From positions 37,429,479 to 37,493,478 of the forward strand of contig NC_068985.1 in NCBI RefSeq assembly GCF_001194135.2: DNA of 64,000 bases, given 5' to 3'. Source of the DNA: Octopus bimaculoides (taxonomy: Eukaryota). Of this stretch, positions 14,446 to 27,919 are shown one piece after another. The translations under genes were made by a program, and so were the position numbers. The notes under the pieces are model-generated. The model did no database searches and had not been told where the DNA came from. It saw nothing but the letters and a program-made list of their open reading frames with translations. Numbering within the stretch: the stretch's first letter is position 1; each line of letters starts with the position of its first letter.

Positions 14446-15134
14446 AATATATATGGCAGCTGATGAAGGATATGTTCCCTATGTGGCCTGCTTCTTTTTC
14501 TACCTTGTTTATCATTTTGTCCATGTTCTTTTGTAACGTCATGTACCCAGATATGTATCTATATGTACATGTAGATGAAGGTACGTATATACTCATATAT
14601 TGTTTGTATATATACATATATATATNNNNNNNNNNNNNNNNNNNNNNNNNNNNNNNNNNNNNNNNNNNNNNNNNNNNNNNNNNNNNNNNNNNNNNNNNNN
14701 NNNNNNNNNNNNNNNNNNNNNNNNNNNNNNNNNNNNNNNNNNNNNNNNNNNNNNNNNNNNNNNNNNNNNNNNNNNNNNNNNNNNNNNNNNNNNNNNNNNN
14801 NNNNNNNNNNNNNNNNNNNNNNNNNNNNNNNNNNNNNNNNNNNNNNNNNNNNNNNNNNNNNNNNNNNNNNNNNNNNNNNNNNNNNNNNNNNNNNNNNNNN
14901 NNNNNNNNNNNNNNNNNNNNNNNNNNNNNNNNNNNNNNNNNNNNNNNNNNNNNNNNNNNNNNNNNNNNNNNNNNNNNNNNNNNNNNNNNNNNNNNNNNNN
15001 NNNNNNNNNNNNNNNNNNNNNNNNNNNNNNNNNNNNNNNNNNNNNNNNNNNNNNNNNNNNNNNNNNNNNNNNNNNNNNNNNNNNNNNNNNNNNNNNNNNN
15101 NNNNNNNNNNNNNNNNNNACACAATGTGCCTGTA

Positions 15135-15465
15135 AAGGTGCATATCTAAGTGGTTAGAGCGTTTGGGCTCATAATCATGAGGTAGTGAGTTCAATTTTAG
15201 GACCTGGCTGTGTGTTGTATTTTTGAGCAAGGCATTATATTTCCCGTTGCTCCAGTTCACTCAGCTGTAGAAATGAGTTGCGAAGTTACTGGTGCCAAGC
15301 TGTATTTGACTGTGCCTTTCTCTCTGATAACATCGGTGGCACGGAGAGGGAAGGCTAGTATGCATGGTCGACTGCTGGTCTTCCAAAAACAACCTTGACT
15401 GCACTCGTGTCTAAGAGGGTAACTTTCTAGGTGCAATCCCGCGGTCATTCATAACCAAAAGGGAT
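15135..15465 (+). mobile_element. tRNA-derived SINE with body M2 and a third tail T3
   Basis: AGTGGTTAGAGCG..GAGTTCAATT..TTGAGCAAGGC..GTTGCTCCAGTTCACTCAGCTG..GGTGCAATCCC. Confidence 0.7.
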
Positions 15466-15499
15466 TTCTCTCTTTCTCTCTCACTTTCTCTCTAATGTT

Positions 15500-15680
15500 G
15501 TTTTCTCTCCTTTTTTTCTCTCCTTGTTTCTCTCGTTTCTTTCTGTGTTCCTTTCTGTTGAAGAGCGTAGGCTCGAAACGTTAAAGACCTTCTCTATTTC
15601 CGAGCGTTATACTAATACATACATTTGTTATTTACACCACCTGTATTCGTCTGTTGTTTTTTCGTGAATTCTCCCTATAT
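15500..15680 (+). repeat. Dispersed PLE-like repeat containing an HHR (copy 2)
   Basis: Matches 7075-7245. Confidence 0.65.
15551..15586 (+). ncRNA. Minimal hammerhead variant (core CUGUUGA) in a PLE-like repeat
   Basis: CTTT-CTGTTGA-A-GAGC[gtag]GCTC-GAAA-CG-T-T-AAAG; same family as 7114. Confidence 0.6.
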
Positions 15681-16060
15681 ATATATATATATATATATAT
15701 NNNNNNNNNNNNNNNNNNNNNNNNNNNNNNNNNNNNNNNNNNNNNNNNNNNNNNNNNNNNNNNNNNNNNNNNNNNNNNNNNNNNNNNNNNNNNNNNNNNN
15801 NNNNNNNNNNNNNNNNNNNNNNNNNNNNNNNNNNNNNNNNNNNNNNNNNNNNNNNNNNNNNNNNNNNNNNNNNNNNNNNNNNNNNNNNNNNNNNNNNNNN
15901 NNNNNNNNNNNNNNNNNNNNNNNNNNNNNNNNNNNNNNNNNNNNNNNNNNNNNNNNNNNNNNNNNNNNNNNNNNNNNNNNNNNNNNNNNNNNNNNNNNNN
16001 NNNNNNNNNNNNNNNNNNNNNNNNNNNNNNNNNTATATATATATATATATATTTACGCGC

Positions 16061-16252
16061 ACACGAGGGTATGCTGAAAAGGCCCTAGCTTTGGTTAAAG
16101 AAAATTATGATTTTATTCAACAAATTCCCCTCTTAGATTAACACACTTATTGCAGTGGTTCTTCAGTTTTTATAAGTCCTGTAAAATATCTCGGAAGTTT
16201 GGGCCTCCAACCAGGCTTTTCACGGCATCTTTAAACCAAAGACTTTCAGTAC
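16061..16252 (-). mobile_element. Same mariner-derived MITE family, opposite orientation
   Basis: The interior is the reverse complement of 30330-30430. Confidence 0.65.
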
Positions 16253-17013
16253 ATATGTGTATGTGTCTGTTTGCGTGTGTGTGTAGTATGGATGATGAAA
16301 TGTATATAATTATAGAGTTGTCTTTCACATGTAACGCCATTTGTATAATCAATCCTGAAAGCATGCTTGCCTAGAACGGGGAAGATTTTCTCGTTCTGCA
16401 CATATTCTAAATCACTATTGAAAGGCTTTAACTATAACCCTATTATGCCGATGAAATGTTATAATGGACTACGAGAAAAAGAAGAGAAATATGAAAATAT
16501 TAAAGCAAAAAGAGAACAGAATGACATAAAAAAATATTTCCTGATAATTTTAATATGAAAAGAGAAAAATTATACCAAGACTCTTTTGAATTTTCTTATG
16601 TTGAAATACTGATTCATATTAAGTTACCATTATAATTCCATGCAAGCAAATCTTATCAGTGACATTAATAAAACTTTGGTGAAAACTGCATTCTAAATTT
16701 CAGGCTGGCATCATTTTGTAGTGTGAACATATTGGTTTGTCCCTGTTGCCATGGCTATTTAACATCCACTGGCATGCTGGTAATAAACACTTCTGTATTA
16801 AATATAGGCATCAACAGTAACGTCGTCATTATGAATGGCATAATTGAAGACATTCGAGTGATCGTCGTCTTCATCATCGCCATCGTCGTCATTATTACTG
16901 TCATCAACGTCATTATCACTATCAACGTCTATTATCACCACCTAAACATATCAGGAGGCATGAGCAGCTTAGCAAGGCCTACATACATTCATAGAAGCAT
17001 ACGTACATATATG

Positions 17014-17081
<68 letters not shown>

Positions 17082-17391
17082 NNNNNNNNNNNNNNNNNNN
17101 NNNNNNNNNNNNNNNNNNNNNNNNNNNNNNNNNNNNNNNNNNNNNNNNNNNNNNNNNNNNNNNNNNNNNNNNNNNNNNNNNNNNNNNNNNNNNNNNNNNN
17201 NNNNGCACACACACACACACACACATACATAAACATACACACACACATACATACATGCCCATACACAAACGAACAAACGAACACAAACACACACGCAGAC
17301 ATAAATACACATAAACTCAAACAATCACACACACGCACAAACACACACTCACGCACAAAAATACACACACACACACACACACACACATCCT

Positions 17392-17428
<37 letters not shown>

Positions 17429-18726
17429 TCCTCCACACACATGTAAGTATATCACGTAGCGTCGCACACGTTCATTTAAAAGATTGTCCTCTCATCAATT
17501 AAAATACTGTAGTTTATTCTGATAAAATACCTCAGGAGTTATATCATCACATGGAATCCGACATCATAATGATGATATCTTGGTAAATGTAATGAAGTAC
17601 CTCTCATGTGAATACCATAATTCATGTGTTAGGACCAAAACTCCAAACTTATAATATCGTTTCACCAAAAAGTTTACCGTCAGAAATTACTCTAATCATT
17701 GCATCATCTCTTTAATCTACAAGATAGCGACGTGCTAGCTGGGACTCAATAGAATAATGTATATAGGTATATACATTTATATACATCTCCAAAATGCTTG
17801 CTTTATCAGTAATTCATAATTTTACTCATCACGGAATCGTTTCGGTAAAGACTTTTCAGATCTATATAAATAACATTATTACTATATAAATTACATTAAG
17901 TATCAGGTTACATAACCAAAGAAAGTTGTATAAACCAACGACGGATCGGGTACTTAGTTACAAGACATAGTGGAAGTAACAGCTAAACCTCACTCAAATC
18001 ACACCTTATTGTCTTAAAATGTGATGCCCATTATGTGTGTGTTATGTCTCAAGCTACTACTATCTAGCACCTTCGGTTGATCTCCACTCAACCGCTACAC
18101 GGCAGCTACTTAACAGCCAGTCCACTGTCAGTCCACCCCTACCACGGTCAGATTACCTCTATTTATATGTCTTGGTCGAGCCTACTTCTTCGCTTGCGGG
18201 TGTCGACACAACATTGTGTTATGTAGCTTTACATATGCTGTGCTTTAAAAAAATGTCTGTCCTCTGCTGGAATGCGCCTTTGATTGTCAGGCTGCTTTAT
18301 CAGGTTTAACAGGTAACTAAATAACAAAGATTGTTTAATGTAGGAAAAAAACAGACCAAATATGAAAGAATTGGTCTTGCTAACAATGCTTCTTGAACAA
18401 AATTTAAATGTATAAATTTTGTTCAGTTGTGAAAATTTATAAAAAAAAAAGAATTCCGTGTAGCATCTTTATCTCCTTTGGGTCATGAACTGATTCGGGT
18501 CTTTCAACATCAGACACTCTCACCCAGGTGATTCGATCGAATTTCATCAAGTCTCAGCTTGTGACCAGTTAGCACTACCCATGGTAGCATTCTTCCATCA
18601 ATGCTCACACTGCTGATCCATAGCTGCCTTAAAGTAATCTCCGATAACTCCATAGCATTACCTGACAGCCTTCCATTTACTGAACCCTATCATGCCAAAT
18701 ATGTTTTAAACTTTGTAGAATGACTA

Positions 18727-18986
18727 AAGGTAAAGGTAAAATTACCTTCTCGAGTCATACAGACTCGTAAGGGCCGGTTTCCCGGTTTCATGGCGTATAT
18801 ATTCCCACCTGGACGGGACACTGGTCCCCATCGCAGAAATATTCCTTTTTGCCACCTGAGTGGACTGGAGCAACGTGAAATGAAGTGTTTTGCTCAAGAA
18901 CATAACTCATCACCCGGTGCAGGAATCAAAACCACAAACTTGCTATCATGAGTCCAACGCTCTAAGTATTAAGCCATGCGTCTCCA
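18727..18986 (-). mobile_element. tRNA-derived SINE with CORE-like body M2 and tail T2
   Basis: GAGTGGACTGGAGCAACGTGAAATGAAGTGTTTTGCTCAAGAACA resembles the CORE-SINE domain. Confidence 0.75.
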
Positions 18987-19037
18987 CTGTAGAGAGACTT
19001 GGCAAGCATGTTCAAAAGTGAAGTATGTAATATCGGC

Positions 19038-19246
19038 TTCAGATTTCGGCACAAAGCCAGCAATTTCGGAGGAGGGAGTAAATCAATTATATCGACCCCA
19101 GTGCTCAATTCGTATTTATTTTATCGACCCCAAAAGGATGAAGGGCAAAGTCGACCTCGGTGGAATTTGAACCCAGGACGCAAAGACGGACGAAATGCCA
19201 CTAAGCATTGTGCCCGGCGTGCTAACGATTCTGCCAGCTCGTCACC
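19038..19246 (-). mobile_element. SINE family A
   Basis: Reverse-complement copy. Confidence 0.85.
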
Positions 19247-19280
19247 ATTAACAATGATTATGATAATCCCTGCTATTATA

Positions 19281-19468
19281 TGCACAAGACCTGAAATTTT
19301 AGGGGAGGCGTTGAATCGATTACATCGACCGCAATCTTCATCTTGTATTTACTTTATCAACTCCGAGAAGATGAAGGGCAAAGTCGACCTCGGCGGAATT
19401 TGAACCTAGAACGTAAAGACGGACGAAATGCCACTTAGCATTTTGTTTAGTGTGCTAACTATTCTGCC
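19281..19468 (-). mobile_element. SINE family A
   Basis: Reverse-complement copy, in tandem with the previous one. Confidence 0.8.
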
Positions 19469-20891
19469 TTCGTGAACAGTGATATGCGTATAGTGATCAT
19501 TCTAGAGGAGGTATAGTCACAGCGAATTGTCTACAAAGCTTAAAAGCCGTTTTCCTTCACTTAATACTTTAATGTCTTTGTGAGAAGCAGGCGCAATTCA
19601 GCATCTCATTGTGCCTCAATGGAATGTTTCCTATAGTTACAAGCATTTTCTTTGTGGGAAAAGATCAAAGCTGTAATACGAGGTAGTGCTGAAAAGTTCC
19701 TGGACTTGTGCCTTTGGGTGAAAATTTTTAGGTGCAATCCCATGGTTATACATGACGGAAGCGGGGGTTTTTACCCTTCACTCTTTAAACTGGGTTAAGT
19801 TTAATTTATGAAATACAGTTGTTTTGAATTTGATGCGGAAAGTGGCCGTGTTTGTGGTGGTGAGTGGGGAAAGGGTGGCTAGAAACGCGGCCTAGGTGCC
19901 ATACGTAGAGGGGAGTCAGCCTGAAAATGTTTGGGAGCCACTGATACAGAGGCTGGTAGTGCTGGTGAAGAGAGCGACAGCGATCGTTATCTGAATGAGA
20001 AAATCATTCACTATTTCATGAGGCCTGTACGAAAACAAAGCAAAAAGTAAAACTCATAAGGAAAAGCTAGACAAGATTGGGTCTTGTGGTCGCATGTAAC
20101 AACACTACAACATGGCGTTTAGTTATTCATTTATCGACATATTTATTTACGACATTGCAAAGGAAGTGATGGCAGCTGCTGACAGAGCGATATGTTGTGG
20201 GAAGCGGTTTATAACTGGCAATAAATCCAATCTAACTGGCAAGCAGCTGTTTAGATGTAGCTTTCAAGTAAATCCGGGTACACGGCGGAAACACATAGAG
20301 ATCTTGATAATACACATTTTATTTCATTCCCTTTCATTCCACCTTCTCTTCAATCCTTCTTTTCGTTCTTCTCCTCCACTTCCTCGTATTCATTATCAAT
20401 GTCACCATCATTACCATTATCAATGTCGTCATCGTCATCGTTGTAAAGCTTCATTTGTTCCCCCACCTTTTTTGCTTGCATATACTGCAGTACTGCAGTA
20501 CTGCAGTTCGCGGCATCTGAGTTCAGTGCCTCACACTTCTCTGTTTAATTCCTAATTGAAGTCGACCAGATATTTCTGTCTTATTTGAGTGCATATATTT
20601 TGAACTAAGTACATGCTGCATAGATTGATGGTGTCTCGGTAGAGAGATCTTTTGTATTTAAGTCGATGAATACTGGAAATGAATGTACTCTATGAAACTT
20701 TAATCATCTATTCGATATCTGTTCACGCTATTGATGTTTTCTTCAGTATATCCACAAAATCCCCCTCCTCCTCCTCCTCCTCCTCCTCATCATCATCATC
20801 ATCATCGTCATCATCATTTTTGATGTTGATGTTTTTTATTATCATTGCTGCTGTTATTGTTGTTAATAATAATAATGATAATAATGATAAT

Positions 20892-20927
<36 letters not shown>

Positions 20928-20941
20928 AATAATAATAACAA

Positions 20942-21200
20942 TTCCCGGTTTCTATGGCGTATGTATTCCCCCCAGCTGGACGGGACGCCGGTCCATCGCG
21001 GCGTTACTCAAGAAACAAGAAAGAGTAAGAGAAAGTTGGGGCGAAAGAGTACAATAGGAGTCGCCACTACCCGCTGCCGGAGCCTCGTGGAGCTTTAGGT
21101 GTTTTCGCTCAATAAACACACAATGCCCGGTCTGGAAATTGAAACTGCGATCCTCCGACCGCGAGCCCACTGCCCTAACCACTGGGCTATTGCGCCTCCA
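20942..21200 (-). mobile_element. SINE with family B head and body but alternative tail T2, inserted in (AAT)n
   Basis: 21030-21200 matches 45310-45488; 20942-21000 matches 18775-18830. Confidence 0.85.
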
Positions 21201-21202
21201 CA

Positions 21203-21242
<40 letters not shown>

Positions 21243-21903
21243 TGTTCTTAAAGATGGTGGTACGTTGTTTCAATATAATTAAGCTTTCTATCGATCACAA
21301 ATCGTGACTTTCGAAGAAGTACATATTTACCTTTTTATTGTATTTTTTCCATTTCGTTTTTACCTCTCAGATGTGATCAGTAAAATAAAAAGGTGGCAAC
21401 ACAAAACAGTGGATTTGAAGAAGTATTATTACAAGCGTAAGGAGAAATAATTTACAGAATCTCTTCCCACTCTTTGCCATCTGACAGCATTGCCTGCAAC
21501 GACGCTGGTACCAAGCTGTATCAATCAGATACTGAACTCGGTCTTCAGAATTTGAAAAGAAACAATGTTAAATTTTGAACTTCAGAAAAGCGTTGCTTAG
21601 CATTACTTCTATGCTTACAAATTATATTTGTGATTTGCGTGTTAACATGTTGATTTTATTTTTCTGAAATCCCTATCTTTTCCAAATTGTCACTTACTAA
21701 GCAAACCAAGTGTACCAATTCTTATTGGTTTGTATGTACGTACGTATGTATGTACGAATGTATGCATTCATGTATGAGTGTATGTAGGTTTTCTTCTAAT
21801 TTCAATAATTGGAAATTTTCTGTAATGAAAGAACTCCTTCGTTGGAATGTAGTTAACAAAACCCATGTTACATTTTGAACTTGAGAAAGGTCATGCCTAT
21901 TTT

Positions 21904-22708
21904 TACGAGGGTTTGCCGAAAAATTCATAGGTTAACTATGAAGGAGTGATGCTAGAGCAGTGAAATTTTGCATGTCTTAATATCAAATCTTCTTATTAAA
22001 AACCACATTGTTTCTTTCAAGGTAAACTGATATCTGAGCGTTCAAAGAATATTTTAAATGTAACTAGTAGTGACTTCTCTTGAAAATGGACAAAACTTCG
22101 CATCGTCGTGTTACCAAGTACCTACAAAAAGGAATTTAGCCCTCCCAATGACATTCATGCTGATATGGTTGCTCCATTAGGAGATGACGCTGTAGCTTTA
22201 TCAATAGTACTAACTGAATTTAGGAGTGGATGGGAGTGTTTTGAAGACGGCCCAATGTCTAGATGTCCTTCAGTTGCCTGCATCGAGGAAAACATTGATT
22301 GTGTTCACTACATGGTGATGGATGAGAAGCGATTGAATATAAATCAAATAGCCAATGCTGTTAGCATATCCCATGAGAGAGTTGAAAATATTTGGTACAA
22401 TGAACTTGGCATGACGAAGATTTCTGCTCGGTGGATGTCATGTCTTCTGAGATCTGATCAAAAGCGCACTAGGCTGATCACATCACGGGGAAATCTAATA
22501 TTGTTTGAGGCAGATGCAGCTGGTTTTCTCGAACGTTTCCAGTGATGTGTTCATCATTTTGAGCCAGAGACAAAGAGACAATCCATGCAGAGGATAACCC
22601 TTTCCTCATCTATTGCAAAGAAAGCCAAGGTCGTTTCATTCGCAGGGGAGGTAATGGCCTCAGCATTTTGGGATGCAAAAAGCATTGTGTTCAGTGATTA
22701 TCTTCCAC
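21904..22708 (+). mobile_element. Mariner (irritans/Himar1-like) transposon remnant: left TIR and frameshifted transposase
   Basis: TA-CGAGGG TIR; MDK..HR.V.KYL...DIHADMV...RL.INQIANAVSISHERV...LGMTKISARW...VHHFEPETKRQSMQ...AGEVMASAFWDAKSIVFSDYL. Confidence 0.9.
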
Positions 22709-22714
22709 CATACT

Positions 22715-23480
22715 GTGGTTTCTTTTTTTTTTTTTGTCGTTGGGATTATCCTTCGACGGATCTCGTTATACATTGTCCTTGCTACAATATCATGTCTCAT
22801 CAGTAGATAATACCGTGATGACATTTTTGGACAACTGCTTATGACGTGGGTGATATCTTCAGTATTAACTCCACAGTCTGCATCGGTTGTCGCATTTTAC
22901 TGCTTTTCCTACAACTTTGTCCCTTTTGTGCATCAAGCATTTGGTTGATATTTCCTGCTCTTGGATTCCAAACGTATACCCTTCAAAATTGGAGGTAGTA
23001 CGCCGGTTGTTGGTCTATGATAGACTGCTTTGATGATCAATGTTACTATCATCTCGGAGTTTTCTACTAAAATGTCATATACGCTTATGCTTTCATCTGA
23101 TTATACGTTTCGGTAGAGTCATGCGATTCTTTGCATTGACACACAGTTGAAAGTGCTCGAAGACAGTCTCCTAATTCACTCTGCATCTTTCCGATTACCT
23201 TTTCGATCTTGTTCATTTCTAAACCGCTGTATAATAACGCAAAGGTCTTTGTACCGCAGGCTGAATTACTCCATTTATAGGGAATATATATATAAACGAA
23301 TATATATATAAACGAATATATATATAAACGAATATATTTAAGGTAATCAGACTAGGAATGGTGCTCAAGGAGTTGCCTTCCGAGTTCCAAATTGTCTTTG
23401 TTCGGCTGTAATATTCTTTAGTGACACGTGTGTTGTTACAGGTACCATTGTAAGATATGTTTTCATCCACTTCTAGATAC
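22715..23480 (-). mobile_element. Second R4/Dong-like LINE remnant, internally deleted and interrupted
   Basis: Minus translation: YMYLEVDENISYNG..RVTKEYYSR.K.IWNSE (23340-23480) and NFEGYTFGIQEQEISTKCLMHKRDK..CRL/CGVNTEDITHVISSCPKMSSRYYLLMRHDIVA (22740-22990). Homologous to 32277-33045. Confidence 0.85.
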
Positions 23481-24577
23481 ATGTAACATTCTTCATACAT
23501 ATGTATGTATGCATGAATGTATGTATGTATGTATGTATGTATGTATGTATGTATGCATGTATGTATGTATGTATGCATGCATGTATGTGTGAATGTAAGT
23601 ATGCATGTGTGTATATATGTATGTATGTATGTATGTATAAATGTATATGCGTATATGCAGTTGTGTCATTTACGTACCTCTCTTGCAATCCACTCGTCTA
23701 CTGTCCATCTATGAATCAGAGAAGATTGACTTTTTTGTGACTATCTTACTCCATGAGTGGCAAATTGTTTCTCTGTCTATCTTTCTACGATTTAGCAGTT
23801 TGTTTCTCTTTTCATATGTCTGTCTAGCAGCCTGACCGTGTGTAAGATGAGATTGAAAACTGATGCGAAATCAGAAGCAGGCTTCTGCTGCTAATCCTCG
23901 CAATCCTGTCATCCAATTGGGGACGGTACATGGCGTGAATGCTGTGTAAAGCTAGCTGGATAAAGGAGAGTGGCGGAGGTTGTTGTGGAGGTAAGGACGG
24001 AAATGTGATGATTAATTCAACATTGATCAGCGTTCTTTTTCAGCCCACTCTTCTTACCATCGTATCTCACCCTATGATTTATTTGGGGTATTCATGAGCA
24101 CACACACACACACACACACATACACACACACACACACACACATACTCGAACACATATATACTTACCTGTATACATACGTGTCTATGAGTATAGATATGTG
24201 TATGCGTAGAAGAGCACGTGTGAATTTGTACGTGTTTGTGTATGCATGAACGTGCGCGCGTGTGTGCATGTGCGCGCGCGCGTTTGTGCGTGTGTTTGTA
24301 AATGTGTGTGTGTGTGTGCATAAGGCATTAGAAATTTGCAGAAAATTTCCCCAGTACATGAATTATAAAGTGTAAGGAAAAGCAAAATCGAGCATCTGGC
24401 TTTGGAACATTTTAGGCGTTTATATTTCTCTATAAATCAAGTAATTCAGCCTGCGGTACAAAGACACTTGCATCATTATACAGCGGTTTAGTAATGAACA
24501 AGATCGAAAAGGTATTCGGAAAAATGCAGAGTGAATTAGGAGCCTATCTTCGAGCACTTTCAACTGAGTGACAATGG
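23133..24577. repeat. Inverted pair of an unclassified ~145-bp repeat (23133-23285 and 24425-24577)
   Basis: GTAATTCAGCCTGCGGTACAAAGAC...GAACAAGATCGAAAAGGTA...CTTCGAGCACTTTCAAC occurs on opposite strands with high identity. Confidence 0.85.
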
Positions 24578-24739
24578 AAAGCTTTCAAATATCCTTGGTA
24601 TAGCTGCAGGGTCATTGCCGAGTCATTTAGAACGGTAGAGTCATCGACTGGCTCTATCTGAAATGTGCATCAACAAGGAAACTGTCCGGTAAGCGTCCGT
24701 TCAGAGTACCAGTATTGCTGATACTTCTGGGGTTATCCT

Positions 24740-24943
24740 TTCAACTATAGGCACAAGGCCTAAAATTTTAGGGGAAGAGTATAGTCGATTCCATCGCCCA
24801 AGTGCCCGACTAGTACTTATTTTATCGACGCCGAAACGACGATGAAAGGCAAGGTCGACCTCAGCGGAATTTGAATTCAGAACGTAGAGACGGACGAAAT
24901 GCTAATAAAGGTTTTTTCCAGCGTGCGAGTGATTCTGCCAGCT
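24740..24943 (-). mobile_element. SINE family A
   Basis: Reverse-complement copy. Confidence 0.8.
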
Positions 24944-25811
24944 GTTTTCTGTAGTTATAAGGAACATTAATTGTCGCGTGTAACGCAGACACAGCTGCAG
25001 TTCGCAATCCTTTGCATAAGAAAGGTTGGTTGCTTCCATCTAACGTTCATCTTTTGTGAAAGATGTTATATGTGGAAAAGCTAGAAGAATTTGAGGACAG
25101 ACATTTTCATCAAAGGCCAAATGAACACGAATTTCTACAAATACTAGACGGAGAGACATTTGAGGGTAGACAGTGTGCTAGTACTCTCATTAAGATTGCT
25201 GACACGTGAGAGTGGAGCATTAGGGCCAGCTCAATGAACTTACTCTCATTACACTTTTGTACAGTGAATAAAACAGCGGTGAGAGGACCCTTGCTCTTGC
25301 TAATTCATTTAATCTAAGATTTTTACCATTTTAGGACGACAGTAAGTTGTTCTAAATAATTAGTACTGTTCGGAATACATTTTGATTAAATATATTTTTA
25401 ATGAATATTATGTAGTCTGACAAGTTTTAATCAATATGCCTTTCGTCCAGTATTTCTTAAATGAACCAACCCATTCATTTCTACATGTCTATTATAATAT
25501 ATGCATCTATTCTGTTTGACTGTATCAGTAGCAAAGAAATGTGTCATAGCATGCGGTTACCAGCGGATAGTTGCTACTGAAGAATACCAGAAAGCAGAAC
25601 TATGCATTTAGCAATACCTTTGCCGCTGCCAAACAATTTTCGTTCGCTAATGATATATTTCAGTGGTTTTTTAACAGTATACGTCAATAATAGATAATAA
25701 GTCCAGACAAATACAACAGAGTAAATAAGGTTGTCAATGATGTATCTGCTTTAAGTATGATTCACACATAGTTATTTCTTTAAAGTACTACTGCTTTTCT
25801 CAAACAAAATG

Positions 25812-25856
<45 letters not shown>

Positions 25857-26370
25857 TTGTCTGTGTGCCTATATCAGTGTATTATCCATATACACACATA
25901 GCCCCTTTCTCCACACGCGCATGCATTTACACGTATTACTGCCATACAGTTTACAGTTTCCTGAAATTGTCGGAACTATGTACTCAATACAAGGAACCAT
26001 TGTTATCTTGTGAATATGAATGCAGGGTGAGCCGTAATGATGGGACACATTTTAAATACTAGCATCTAGGATTATAAAAATGACATAGAATACCAAATAT
26101 ATTGATTATATAACAGATATAAAAAGGAGTTCAACACATCTAAGATTTTACTATTTGTTACAGGTAGTAAGTGTTGGTGACCTTCATAACGTCGTGGACT
26201 GCAAAAGAAATTGCATACTTGGTCGAAACATACTTTACCAGCCAAAGATCCATCGTTACAATTAAAAAAAAAATTCCGACACCATTTTGGAAAGCGACAG
26301 GCATACATATATCAGTAGCATAAAAGTACGTGTGCACAGCTTGGCTATAGTTTGAATAATTAAACGAAGA

Positions 26371-26401
<31 letters not shown>

Positions 26402-26703
26402 ACATTCCTTCAATATACACAAGAGAAAAAGGCCAGGTCAGTTCCTTCTCAATTTTATTCGATTGTCAAAGAATATGTATGAGAATATGTATATGTATTT
26501 TTCCATATGTGTATTTTCATACACTGTTTTTAACACTGTTTTTAACAATTTCACCTTAATATCAGAGAATGTGTGACAATCAGTATGTAACACTACAAAG
26601 TTCATACAAAGCTTTATACTTTAAATATATTTTATCATCAAAGAATGTATATATGCATTTTAATACTCAAACTGTTTTTTAACATTTTTTATTATTCTCA
26701 AAG

Positions 26704-26745
26704 ACTTTTGATAATCTTTTTCTAAAAAAGTGAAACCGGTTAAGT
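26704..26745 (+). ncRNA. Degenerate hammerhead relic
   Basis: ACTT-TTGATAA-T-CTTTTT[cta]AAAAAG-T-GAAA-CCGG-T-T-AAGT. Stems I and II and palindrome ACCGGT are kept; the core has two substitutions. Confidence 0.4.
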
Positions 26746-26994
26746 AAATAAATATTTTTGAAAAATAAGTGCATTTTCAAACCTTCTTTCATATATATTT
26801 CCACTCGTACGGTATTCCACAACTTTACTTTATTATATATATATATATATATATACATATGGTTCGTTGCTTCGTTTAGCCACCTTCGTTATTTCGTTAT
26901 TTGCTCATTACCATTTTCCTAAATCATCCATTAATCCCTATAGTAAAAACTATATACTGCCAGGTAGGATTTAGCTTACCCATAAGCGATGGGG

Positions 26995-27040
26995 TAGTAA
27001 CTACTGATGAGATTTAATTCAAAGCGAAACTAGTTTGCTA
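26995..27040 (+). ncRNA. Slightly decayed minimal hammerhead motif
   Basis: TAGTA(acta)-CTGATGA-GATTT[aattc]AAAGC-GAAA-CTAG-T-T-TGCTA. Canonical core, palindromic stem III ACTAGT, one mismatch in stem II and extra bases before the core. Confidence 0.55.
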
Positions 27041-27162
27041 TATAGTGGCCTCATTCCTCTGGACTATGTGCTTTTTGTGGCTATAAGAGTCATTGACTCT
27101 TGTTTCTAACAATGCTCTGCACCGTCGGTCACTATTAGTGACAACTGAACTTTGTGCTTTTG

Positions 27163-27239
<77 letters not shown>

Positions 27240-27368
27240 TAGGACTGATTTAGTTATTTCTCCGTAGATTGAAAAAAGAAAGAATTACGGAAATCTTAAT
27301 CGATTTTTTAATTTTATTGGATTCTCATCAAAAGAAATCTGCATTAAATTGGCAAAGATGCTAGCTCT

Positions 27369-27765
27369 CTTACTCTTTTACTCTTTTACTTGTTTCAGTT
27401 ATTTGACTGTGGCCATGCTGGAGCACAGCTTTTAGTCNNNNNNNNNNTCTTTGTAAGCCTAGTACTTATTCTCTCGGTCTCTTTTGCCGAACCGCTAAGT
27501 TACGGGGACGTAAACACATCAGCATCGGTTGTCAAGCGATGTTGGGGGGACAAACACAGACACACAAACATATACACACATATACATATATATATATATA
27601 TATATACATATATACGACAGGTTTCTTTCAGTTTCCATCTACCAAATTCACTCGGAAGGCTTTGGTCGGCCCGAAGCTATAGTAGAAGACACTTGCCCAA
27701 GGTGCCACACAGTGGGACTGACCCCGGAACCATGTGGTACGTAAGCAAGCTACTTACCACACAGA
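27369..27765 (-). mobile_element. SINE family C (CORE-like CCTTGGGCAAGTGTCTTC) with an internal (TA)n(TG)n tract
   Basis: Matches 55345-55751. Confidence 0.85.
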
Positions 27766-27870
27766 CAAGAAATACATTACCTACAGAAAACGGGAGCGAT
27801 TAGTTTGCATACCCTATCTGTTAACACACGCACACCCTCATACACGCACACTTACAGAGACACCACACCC

Positions 27871-27919
<49 letters not shown>

